The position numbers were made by a program, and so were the translations under genes. DNA of 64,000 bases from Enoplolaimus lenunculus (lineage: Eukaryota): positions 1 through 64,000 of the forward strand of contig JASANG010000295.1 of NCBI GenBank assembly GCA_030248215.1. Direction: 5' to 3'. Of the stretch, positions 12,901 to 24,456 are shown piece after piece. Below the pieces are notes generated by a model. The model saw only the letters and a program-made list of their open reading frames with translations, was not told where the DNA came from and made no database searches. Numbering within the stretch: position 1 is the first letter of the stretch; the number at the start of each line of letters is the position of its first letter.

Positions 12901-15900
12901 ACTGAGCCTTCAGACTCTTCATCACCTCGCCAACGAGCTATCAGTGGTTGTACGCGAATCGTCGGAATACTACAACACAAAATCTGTGAACCTGTATATT
13001 ACTGTCAAGCAAAATTGCAGTATAACTTACAAAAAATATCACTAAACAGCTGTACGTAAGTTCTACATAAAAACTGTCTATGTCTGACAGTTACGTTTTT
13101 GTTAATCTAAAATAAGATATGAAGCAGGAACGGGCGGTCTCGGCCAAGAAAGGTCTAGGTCTCTACCAATTTTTGGTCATCACGAAAATTTGAAATAAAT
13201 TATTAATATATAATGCCTTTTTTGTAGTTTTTTGTGATTTTTATAGTTTTTTGTGTTTTTCATAGCGTTTTGTATTTTTTCAGAATATCTGCCCGCAATT
13301 ATTGCGAACGTAACTATGAAATTTCATAATTTCACAGAAAAAATTTACAGTCATACATAATAGAATTCTCGACTCATGTCTCGGTTCCAAACAACCGAGA
13401 CTCAAAACACCGAGACCAATAAATGCCGAATACCAAGATTTGCCTAGACCGAGAATCCCATTCCTGATATGAAGCCAATACATATAACCTCTCTGCATTT
13501 TTCAATGGCAAATTTCAAGATAACGGCACAAAATCAAGCGTTCGTAGTCGTTTTTCGACTAAATCGAAATTTTTCAATATACGCGTCTTCTACCTTACAA
13601 GCAGGGTGCAATCGGAATTCCGATTCCGATTAGAATTCCGATTCAAAGCGAGCTCCGATTCCGATTTCGATTGCACAATCAATCGGAATCGGAATTTCCA
13701 CATTTCAATTTTAGGCCTACTTGTTGTGATATGTTGTATAAAAATTCTGCATCATTTATATATTAAATTGTTTTCAATAAGTTAACTTATTAATAATTGA
13801 TTGTAGTTTAGCTGTACAAGGCCAAAAAATGATTGCCACTTGGTTCATGCGACGTTTTTGAGAATCGTTGCCAGCCTACAGACGTTAAATCAATATTATA
13901 CTTGTTAATAGAAATTATCCCTACATTCGCAAACTTTGTAGTTCCGATTCCGATTCTGATTCCGATTCTGCTATAAATTTGCTGTTCCGATTCCGATTCT
14001 GGTATAATCAAATTCCGCTTTGCACCCTGCTTACAAGCCCCAGCTGCGTAGGAAATTGTTTTGCCGTTCAATTGCTGACCGCTGTCTTCCCATAACTGCA
14101 TCCATTACAGATTCCATACGACGCATTTCTGTATCGAATCCAAAGTGGTCGTTAGCGACATCACCGAAACCCAACATTCGTCTTAAAGTACAATGAATTT
14201 TTACTTTTGAAACGTTTAAAGCGTGCAGTTTAAGATTGCATTTAAAGGCATATATACCACATGGGAATTGATTCATTTACATAGGCGCAGCCAGAATTTT
14301 AGAAAGGATGGTTACAATCTAAAAATTTCGATGTGGAATTTCTTCTGTTTCAAACCGACACCATGTTTAAAAACCCTGAACAAAAATCACAAACAAAGGA
14401 GTCAACATCTGAATTCATCCTGCTATGTCCTTGCAAAAGTAGAGACACTGCCCGTTGCGAAATGTTAAGTTAAACTATGAAACATATATACTACAGCTTC
14501 TGGCTTCTCCACAGCTTGAAAATTTCCGCCGGGGGGCGTTTCCTGGGGGGCTACTAATTTTGCTGGGAGGGGGACAGTTTTCCTGGGGGCCCCCAGATGA
14601 TCTGTGGGGTCCTGGGGGGCATGCTCAAAATTTTGCAAGCCGACTTTTTGGACCATTTTTTTTATTCTAGATCGTGTTTTAAACTCAACTGAAGATTACT
14701 CAACGCTCAACATGACAAAAATTCCCCACTAATGCTAATAACAATAATTTTAACTAATATTCCTGACAACTTTACCAGAAGTTGAAAGAAGCACAATTAT
14801 ATAAAATATAGATAATCTATAATTGAAACTGTGATTAACATATATTTTATATATTAGTCACAGCTTCAGTTTATCATAAAGCTTAGGCGGGTTGAACTTG
14901 TTGCTGCAAGGTACTTTCGAATGATGTATGCCCTGAAACGGTCTTTATATAATTGTGCTTTTTTCAGTTCATTATTGAATTGTACTAGTTACTACCGGTA
15001 TTTGTAACGCTATTAAAAAATTATGAGTACCCAGCGTAATATAAAATCACATTTTGCCGAATGTCCGCCTCAAAAAAAGTCCAGGTCTTTATGTTTTAAC
15101 ATTGAAAATTTTTGGCTTAGAAAAGTCCTGGGGGCCCCCAGCAAAAAAATTTGCTGGCGGCATTTTGCTGGGGGGCGGCTGAAAATTCGCCGGGGGACCT
15201 TTCCTGGGGGCGGCAAAATTTTCGCCGGGGGGAAAATGAAAATTTCGAAAAGTGCTGCCCCCCCGCCGTGGAGAAGCCAGAGCTTCGTGGAATTCAAAGC
15301 ATTCTATACTGCGCTAAAACCAAATTTTCCGCACTTCCCTTCCAAAAAACAAACTAGAAACCACACGAGGACATGATTGCAGATGTAAAATCTAGTTTTC
15401 TGCAGTTGCGGAAACCAGACGTATTCTTAATACAACAATAAAATAGTATCCATCTCTTCTGCAAAACCAACTTGATATTGCCAAAGCCGCTCCAAACCCG
15501 GTCATGAAGCATGTCAATATCGTTCATCATATTGTCCATCATACTGTGCGCATATTTGCACATAGGATCCTTCGGATCGGTGATTATTACTTCAAACTAA
15601 AATTAATACCACATGACTCATATTTGTAGACGTTTACGAAACATGCGTATATATTATAACGAACAGTGTAATGCTCGCTGAAGAATCGTTATCCGGTTAT
15701 TTTTCTAAAATGGTTGTCAAGTCAATATAGTTACATATTGAGCTTGATGCTAAGAGTAGGACGCAATTAAACCGCATTTAGCTGGGAATGTTGGCTTCCG
15801 ACTTTCATATAAATATACATTCCAGAATAGCTTACGTGTCCCGATTTGCCAGTGAAAGGTGTTTGATGCTCACATCCTTTTTTACACGCATCACGTTCAG

Positions 15901-16523
15901 AGCCTGCTGAATAGGCTTCTTCGCACGCTGAAATAATATACGCCGTATATATACGATTAGCATGTCAAGATGAACGGCAAAAGCTATTGATATACGCGTA
16001 TAGTACAAAATACATTATATAGGAGGTCTATAATCATTTACGTGCCTTCATCGCATGCCAAATGCGTCGCAGTTTCGTTCTCCTTTGTCGTAAAGAGTAT
16101 CACTCGGAACATTCTGCAGCCACGATTGCAACTTTTGACTTCACCGAGCTAGAAACAACATCAGAATTTTAAGAAATCGCAAAAACTGCAGAAGTTTGTC
16201 GGACTTCACACACATTAACACACAAACAGCAATATATGCACACCAGCACAAAACCATTAAACATACGTTTCAGCAAAATTAATAAATAAGCTTTAAACTT
16301 GATGTTGAAATTTGGGTGCACAGCTGATTCCCCATTGTAAACACTTTAAAAATTTTGACGCTAAACATTAACATATATTAACTTAACTTACATCTAGCGT
16401 CGTATGTGGACTGTACGTTTTATCACAGTAGTTTGAACAGCTGTCATCAGAAGAGACAATATCACCCCCGCATACCAGAGTAACCAGTAATGTGGCACAT
16501 AACAAGCCACTAATCACTGACAT
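9915..16523 (-). CDS. TMEM59: Transmembrane protein 59-like (BSMAP family) type I membrane protein, about 435 aa
   Basis: Exons 16523-16392, 16148-16046, 15927-15836, 15596-15472, 14181-14035, 12969-12749, 11744-11649, 10704-10544 and 10145-9915 join in frame (1308 nt). Signal peptide MSVISGLLCATLLVTLVCG; cysteine pattern SCSNYCDKTYSPHT..SCNRGCRMF..ACDEACEEAYS..DACKKGC typical of TMEM59; single TM helix WLLFFAMTLCIVSMIWICLAIM; tail DEAGAPPPYRPRD*. The exon 6 donor is the least certain. Confidence 0.9.
12165..12613 (-). mobile_element. hAT-like MITE family B, inverted relative to 13602-14029
   Basis: CAGGGTGCAA...GGAACCCTG termini and ATCGGA repeats. Reverse-complement similarity to 13602-14029 along its length. 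No clean TSD. Confidence 0.8.
13125..13466. mobile_element. hAT-like MITE family D with perfect 8-bp TSD
   Basis: ATATGAAG|CAGGAACGGG...CCCATTCCTG|ATATGAAG. Inverted homolog at 57478-57885. Confidence 0.85.
13602..14029 (+). mobile_element. hAT-like MITE family B with perfect 8-bp TSD
   Basis: CTTACAAG|CAGGGTGCAA...TTGCACCCTG|CTTACAAG. Confidence 0.9.
14500..15280. mobile_element. Non-autonomous TIR element, about 780 bp
   Basis: AGCTT|CTGGCTTCTCCAC...GTGGAGAAGCCAG|AGCTT with G-run-rich subterminal repeats. Internally deleted copy at about 58258-58373. Confidence 0.8.
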
Positions 16524-17259
16524 ATCTTACTACGGTGACTTATATATGTATTCGTGTAGTAATGAACTGAAGATGATACATACTATCCACACATAAGTAT
16601 TATGTATATAACGATTCTACCGGGTACCAAAATGTATCAGAGCCGGCAGTATGCGACCGGATCATACATGTTGTCTACTATTTAAGTCACAGGGTGCGAT
16701 CGGATATTAATATACCGGATACAGATATTGAATTTTTCAGCGGGGCACTTTGCTGAATCGGTAATCGGATCCTGACTTCTTCATATTTTTCATCACGAGT
16801 TATAGTTGGGAAATGCAATTGCTTAAAGTTTATGAAAGATGATTGTCTACTTTCAACTTAATTTCGAACTCAGTGTTCCGAATCTTAGTAGATTCAACTT
16901 TTGCAAAGCCGAATCCTATTGTGAACCTTAATTTTTGCTGAATCTGAAACCGAATCCGAACATTTGTCGCTTGTCGCCACCCTTCCGCATATAACTTAAA
17001 CTTGCTCATGTGTTTCAACAAACATGTTTTCACCGGCGCCACGACAGGAGATTACAGATAGAACACTAGCCATGTTTCTACGATGTGCCAAAAAAGCAAC
17101 CACGCATATGTTTAAAAAAACTTTCTTGCCATCTGCAGATGCGCCCTGTTCTTTAGTTAGATCATGGCTGCACTTGTGATATGGCAGCAGAACAAATCTT
17201 TACACAACTAAAATAATTTGTTTGCTCGCTAAAACTTTGCACTTTGAAACCCGCTGTAC

Positions 17260-17545
17260 CGACAAGTTGCCAGGGCCGTCCAGTTGTCAGGGTCGCGAGA
17301 TTTCGGGGTCTACAAGTTGTCACGGTCGTCGAGTTATCGAGGCTACAAGTTGTTGAGGTCCGCTAATTGTCGAAGCAGCAAATTCTCGATGCTGACGAGT
17401 TGTCGGTGCGACAAGTCAGGTCGACTACTAGTCATACTTGAATGGCAGGCGACAAGATGTCGGGTCGACGAGTTGTTGGGGACGACGAAATGTCGGACTA
17501 CGAATTGTCGGTAGACGAGTCGTCGGGCAAAGAATTGTCGCGTAC
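17260..17545. repeat. Degenerate short-period repeat (GACAAGTTGTCG-like), probably transposon-derived
   Basis: Recurring TTGTC(G) motif about every 15-20 bp. Similar array at about 45190-45360. Confidence 0.6.
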
Positions 17546-18816
17546 CTTGGCCAACAGAGTGCGTTCGGACAGGCTCTGTATTTTGTAAAAAGCGAAGTCC
17601 CTTCCGACCGACTCAGGACAAAACAGTTGTCTTTCTATGACGCATTAGCAAATTGGAATGCGTATCTGCGATAACGTGATGAAATGCACATCGTGCAGAG
17701 GGTGCGCCAGGTGTTCGGTGAATGTGCACTGATGTGGATTATTATTTAGAAACGCTACAATTATGAATTAGGGACTAGCATGCCGGTACAATTGTACAGT
17801 AGCATGGAATCTTAGAAAGTGTAACGTGGATGACTCAGAGGCGGAGCCAAATATGTTTGACGGAGTGGCGGATTGGTAAATTTTGTGAAACGCAAAAAAG
17901 TAAAGGTACTTAGTACCTTATCATTTTATCGCCGAAAAATTACCTTGTGAAAAATTTTAAGGTTTTATTACAAGAAAAACGATAAAAACTGTATTTCTAC
18001 AAAAAACTTGTAGAAAATGTTGTTATTAAGGGACCTTACCATTTTATCACAAAAAATCTGACGGGGATGTGCGTCTCAACCTACACCCCTCTCTAAATCC
18101 GCTGTTGGGACCCATAAACTTTTTTCACACTTTTGCGGAAAAAATTGCCGAGATCTCGTAAGAAATAAGCGTGAAACCGAATGATTTAATAACATATGCA
18201 GATACTTGCTAAAATCAACGAATTAGTAACGGAAATGTGTTAATTTTTATTTATTTTGAAAATTATATTTCATTCAGATATTTCAATTTAGGTTCCTTAC
18301 GTACATTAAACATTAATTTCGTTCCCGTCTACGTCGATTATAACCTGGAATAGCATGTCGATTTGTACTTAACCGCCCTGCACATTATTGTGGTTTCTGC
18401 ATAATTTCGCCTCGCCGTGTTGAACCATTTAAACAGTATTTGATTGAACTTGATTTAGTGGACGCTCTGTAATGTTTTATGCAAGTGCAGATGTTTAGTT
18501 TTGCTAAATGGGTATGTATTTTTTTTAGATTTGAGACCTACATCCTGTTGCTTTGGTAAAGTCCTTTATTGATTATTGCATGACCTGAACCATTTCACTG
18601 GGTGAACCTTGTGTAAGCCGAACCATTGGGCTGGTTTAAATATTGAGATTGTTTTACTAAGAAAACTTCGTGTTTTGCCAAAATTTGAGCAAGCTGTCAT
18701 CACGCAGTTGTACACCAAAGTTTCATTTAGAACATAACACATGCAATCTCGGTAATTATTAAAGCGCAGTTTTGTCTTTTTATTTCAATGACGTGTTTCC
18801 AATGAAGCTGGCGGAA

Positions 18817-19245
18817 TGTAGTTATCGTAGTAAGAGGGGGGACTGATATTTATTTGGCCTCTCCAAAAGGTACCCCATTGTTATTGGGTTACGGACTGTT
18901 ATTTATTTTCAACCAGCCCTCCGCCACCCTATCTTACTGATATATATCCGGTATTGCAACTATCCGTTGTAATTTTAAGCATTTTTTGCCTTGCATCAAA
19001 AAGTTGAGCGATAATACAAGGTTATACTTTGGAATTTTACTAACTTTCAAAACATGTACGCTTTAAAGTTTAGACCAAGTTTATTTTTGGTGTTCTAGTT
19101 GTTTATGCGATAAAATTAGGGAAAATTGACCTTTATGGACTCTAATTAGGGTTTAGGAACTCTATCCGTTACGGACTGTTATATTAGAAATACGGAGTTC
19201 TATTGGTTGGAACTCAAAATGGGGACCCTCTCTTATTACCCCCAT
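18817..19245 (+). mobile_element. MITE family A, degenerate ends
   Basis: Colinear with 25289-25731 (TAAGAGGGGGGACTGATATTTATTTGG ... CTCAAAATGGGGACCCTCTCTTATT). Confidence 0.8.
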
Positions 19246-22200
19246 CTCATTCGCGCGAAGTTTTTTGTCTGTAACATTGAATTGTGTTGCTGTTTTTTAA
19301 AACTAGCGCCGCTAATAAGTAAACCCCCAATTCACACGTTCATGTTTTTGGCAGTAAAAACTTGCGCATGCAACTTGCACAGGCAAGTTTGGTCACGAAG
19401 CAGCTTTGAAGTTCTAACAGCTGCAAATTATTCACTGGAATTCATTCTATTTAATTTAATTTACACCTGTGAACGCAGTTGCAAGTCGCTTGAAATTCTT
19501 GCATTTATAGTTTGATTCGTCCATCGGAACGTTCCTCTGAAACTACTTGCAGCTGCAAGTATTTCGCGCAAGTTGCTGCTGCGAGTTCTCGCTGCAAAAA
19601 CTTGCACGTATTAATGGGGCTTAACTTGTTTGTATTTTAGAGCACATTTAACTTCGTATCAAAATTTATTCAAAACCCAGTGCAAAAATGGTATTTTGAC
19701 AACGTATGTATATCACCGAATAGGTACTGTTAAAAATAGCGATTTGTATATATTGAAATAATAGATTTTGTTTAAGCTCCGGCGTCGGTGTCACAGACAA
19801 CAATATTCGGGAAAATTTTAGTATCCCTGGTAGTTTTTCCTGGAAAGGAAATGTCAGTAAACAATTTTTTGTAAAAAAAGGCCCGGTGCAGCTTTTCCCG
19901 AGAGCTCACGTTTTAATACATCGGTGTTTTCAACATTCGGAAGCATAGGTGTTGCGAACTGTTACAAACTGAAAGCAAAAGGTAAATTTTAATATTCTAG
20001 CGTTTGTAGTGCGTGCGTTTTGAAAACTCACCCATATTGACAACTTGCAATAGTCACGCTTTGAAAATGTGTACACTCCTGGGTACAAACTTCAGTATGC
20101 AATGATCGAACGAAAACATCTTTATTGAACCACTGTGTCTTGACCACATGAGCAATTTTTACTTCGAAACTATCGTGAAAAACCTCGAATACATTTGCAA
20201 ACAATTCAAACAGCTTGTGTTACATTGTACTCTGTGTGAAGAGTATGTAATATTATTCACTAGAATCAAGGAACAATTCACTAAATATATAAAAGAATTT
20301 GCATTCTCTATACCTGATACGGTAATTAGATCTATAGTAAAAATAATACCCGAAACTCAAACAGCAGAATTACTTAAACTTTACATTCTCTGTTTATCGC
20401 AATCTTCATAGAGACGCTAAAATACCTACTTGCGCTACTTATATAACTTCTCGAAATGCAATCCTGACCGCGCCCTTGTCCTAAAGCTACGCGTTTCATA
20501 ATAAAACAAGCTCGCGGTCGGAACATATGCTAGCAATAGAGCTTTTATAGATAGTACCAAAGTATAGTAGTCTACCATGCTTAGCTAATATATTATAGTC
20601 TATCCAGGGTTTATCTATACATATTTGGTTTGTTTTCGGTCTGTATATTTATTTCGAATGTATTCTACTCAATATATCTTCATGTTTATATGTTGAATTC
20701 CCTGTCCTTTTGGACGGTCATATATAGGTGGCCGTTTGTACAGTATCATTAAGTGGCATTCTTTTTACAGTCGAAACTATATTAGACTTTCGTGTTTTGT
20801 AATCAATTTGGCAAACTTTCGACATAGAGTTTTGTCTTATTTATGCTGTAATATTGAAAATGCCGATTATGGATTAAACGAAAAACATTTGTCTCCTCAG
20901 CATATTAAAAATGCTTGTATGAATGTTAATAAAGGTCGAAATGAATCGTTGCAAAAACAATAATGCTTGCTGCTAAAAGTACGACCATTTGTGATCAGTT
21001 TTGTTGTGCACCCGTTACAAACTGGCCGGCCGGCGAACGCTGGCAAATGAATTGCTTGTCGCAGAAAAAACTAAAAACATTGTGGTGACATCACAAATTT
21101 AATATTTTTTGTCACATTTAGATTTCGTTTCTAAAACTTTTAGCTGAAATCTGAAATGTTGCCTACCGTTATCATTATGATTAATGTTCAGATTGAACCA
21201 CTAGTTGAAACTTCTTTGCTTGCAGTAGAAATTCTAGACAGCTCCTACGGTGAGATAAAGCACTTCTGATGATCTGGGTTCCGTTGCGTTTTAGAAAAAT
21301 ATAGTGAAATTTATCGCTGGAGTATATATATAAATATTTTCTGACCATAATAAAAGGAATACTAGAATAATAATGCAATCGGATCATATCACCTCAAATT
21401 TTCTCACCGATCAATGAGGATTTTAAATATGTATAAATTTTATAAGCTAGCTTCAACATAAATGAAGTTTAGTTTAGGTTTAAGTTTTGTTTGTTTGTGA
21501 TAGATACAATTGTGCCGACTGTTTTAGATTTCAGAATGGGTCAGGAGTCATTGCCGCAAAATGGCACAAATATATTATCGGTGTGTAAATAGAGCCGCAG
21601 GCAAAAGTTTTATGTGTAAGTAAACCGGATACAGTATACTCAAATAACTTGCTGAGCCCAAACGACTCGAGCTGACAATTGAAAATCCCCCTGGCTACGC
21701 CCTCGTTTATTGTAAGTACCTATACAAATAAATTTGCTAGGTCACCGCCCCCTGTAAGCCCCGCTAAGCAGAAAGGGGACTACCGCCCCCAAGCCCCCGA
21801 ACTCAGCGAGTCTCATAAAAAAGCGCCAAAAACACAATATATACTTCATTAGAAATTTTATCTGTTCCTGTATAGAATTATAATCTCAAACTGTGGGTAG
21901 TTGACACCTGAATTCCCTTGGCTACGTCTCTGTTTATTGTGTATAAAATTTAAACGTATTAAAAGTATGCGCGTTTTGATCGCGGGTTTGTCTAAACTGC
22001 ATTCCTGCTTGTTGTATGAAGGGACCGCAGAACGGCCCTCAACCTGAACATAGGCCAATATTTTGATTATTTACTACAATGGTATAACCGGAGGTGAAAA
22101 ATACCGAAACCGCAGCCAGAGGTCAACAAATTTTGCCAGAACCGGAGGTGACGCCAGAGGGGAGTCGAAATTAGATAGTTGAAATGATGTTTTGCTAATG

Positions 22201-22843
22201 TTACCAAAATTTGTATGGTGCTGTTTAAAATCTTTAGGTTTTATGCTTATGTTTTACAACACATCGGCAATATATTTTTCAAAATTGTATCAAATGTTAA
22301 AACGAAACGCACTAAACAAATAAATTTTTAATACAAAAATATGCAAAATTTCACTACCGAAATGGCCGGAACTTCCGATAAAAACTTCCGGAACCGGAGG
22401 CAGACCTCTGGATGTACCCCGGACACTACTGAACTGGTTCTTAGTTAACGTATATTTCAGAATGAGGTCGTTCCTTGCTGAATAACTGAGCTTAAAGCGA
22501 TTGGTTTACCTTCTAAACATAGCGATGATAAAAATGCTTGATAATTTTTAAAACTTGTATATTTCCGACGGGCGGCCAGTGACCGGTAGGCCGGTCATAT
22601 GTTGCGTGTCCGCCGGCCGGCAAACGTTGCATTGGCCGCCGACCGGTCGGACAGCAGAAAAAGTTGTATCTGCACAACAGTGGTGCTGAGATATTCGCTC
22701 TATTCTATCTCTGTCTGGAAAGCAGTGCAGGATAAAGAGAGAAGCGGCGCACATCACGTTTTCGAAATACAGAACATTGTAACCATTTAATTTTAACCCT
22801 TTATCAAATGAATATTTTCTATTTCCCCTGAGACCTACTTTTA

Positions 22844-22910
22844 TGCTAGGATTCGAACTCTAGCGACTGGAGTGGGAGGCGTATACCATCACCACTCAGT
22901 TATAGGAGCT
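22844..22910 (-). other. tRNA-derived sequence (SINE head or tRNA pseudogene)
   Basis: Minus strand has A-box-like TAACTGAGTGGT and B-box GAGTTCGAATCC with T-arm CTAG..CTAG, but no acceptor stem. Confidence 0.5.
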
Positions 22911-24246
22911 TGACGGTCAAGCCAGAGGGGGCTCTCACGTCTTGTGGTGATTTAGTACTATGTATACGTATTGCAATTGTTAAACACTATGCGATATATA
23001 TTATTTGACTTATATACACTGCGCTGAATTGTCTATGTGCAACTCAATGTGAGAAGGGGTTAAAATTGCGTTTGGCTTTTCACTCGCTGCAATTCGCTGG
23101 ATTTGTTTCCCTATTATATCGTGCCCCTGTGTAGGTGGCTAATCCTGTTGTGGGATTCGCTGCTGCGCCCCTGTGCATAGAATGGTTTTTAAGCGAAGTG
23201 TATCAAGTGAGATACATATGCTTTCATTCAACACCTTTACGTGTTAGTACAGGTATATAACCTTAATTCGTTTGCATGGCACGCACTCATTGGCTTCGAA
23301 TCTGACTTTCATGTATCCGGCCATCGATTTTACAACAGTTTTCTATCCACCAACGGCGTAGCCAAACTATTGTTTCAATGGAAGAAAAACTTATTGTTTG
23401 TGGGCTCTATTATCCAGCTAGATTTTATTCTAAGAACCAGTGCCTTTTTGTCATCTCTCTGGATATTTCGAAAAAGGGTATATATCCTCCTCGTGCCACC
23501 ATGATGTTTACTTAATACTCTGGCGCAGAATTTCACCTGTCACACATAAAACCAATCATAGAGGAACGGTTTGCGTTCTGCGAACTCACGAGAAGGTGTC
23601 GCACACATCGAAAATAAGACGAGAATTTTGTGTGTGAAAAATGAAGTCGCTTATTAAGGTTATTAACTCTGTTCTATGACAGGTAGTCGTTAAAATAGTA
23701 ATTTTTGACGGGGAGCCGCACGATTATGAACAGCTAAAAACTCGCGGGCTGACAGCGAGCGAAAACTTAAACGCAATTTTAGTTAGTACTAAAATTTGTA
23801 ATGCAAAATTTTGGTTTTGATCACAATTTGGAAGGCCATAGTAGTGGCGCTCCGTTTGGATCCGCGAACCTATATCAGCGTCATCTTTAGTCTTGATATG
23901 ATAATCCAATCATTGGTTTTGCTGAGCAATATTTCATGGTGATTTTTAGAAAATGACAAAACGGTCTATATTATTCTGATGCTATAATTCATAGACCAGA
24001 TGTTACTCACGCCTGCGAGTTAGCAATTATTAAATTTCATTTTAAATCATTGTAGTGGGCGGAACTGTGTCACAAATTTGCAAAAAACATCGCGATTGCA
24101 CAGCAACCAATTGCGTAAGGGCTCCGAAGCCAAAAAAGGACAAAAGTTAAGTTTAGCCCTTCTAGAAAACTTTATACCCTGCCATAGAATTGTTGTGGCC
24201 CTACTTGCGGTTCTTGCATTTACAATTTCAACGACAATTACGCTTC

Positions 24247-24456
24247 ACACTGCAAAAAAGGGTGCGTCAAGTGACTCTCTCCGAAATCGGCTCGACGGGA
24301 CTACACAGACTGAGTCAAACTTGACTCCACCAGAATCAAATGTGCGACTCACAGTGAGTCGAAATTGACTCTGGCGGAATCGAATTTGACTCAGTTTGTG
24401 CAGTCCTGTAGAGCCGATCTCGGAGAGAGTCAGTTTGACTCACCATATTGCAGTGT
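24247..24456. mobile_element. Foldback (near-palindromic) MITE, about 210 bp
   Basis: ACACTGCA...TGCAGTGT termini. Arms are complementary along most of their length around central CGACTCACAGTGAGTCG. Confidence 0.8.

Larger units (their letters stand above)
17558..23310 (+). pseudogene. Scattered exon-like segments, possible decayed membrane-protein gene
   Basis: AG..GT-bounded open segments SAFGQALYFVKSEVPSDRLR (about 17558), VAVCTVSLSGILFTVETILDFR (20728), NGSGVIAAKWHKYII (21536), VANPVVGFAAAPLCIEWFLSEVYQ (23135) and VYNLNSFAWHALIGFESDFH (23253). No complete chain. Confidence 0.2.

Noticed and set aside
17260..17545. Periodic repeat as a CRISPR-like array
   Set aside because: Units are short and degenerate with no unique spacers, there are no cas genes, and the context is eukaryotic.
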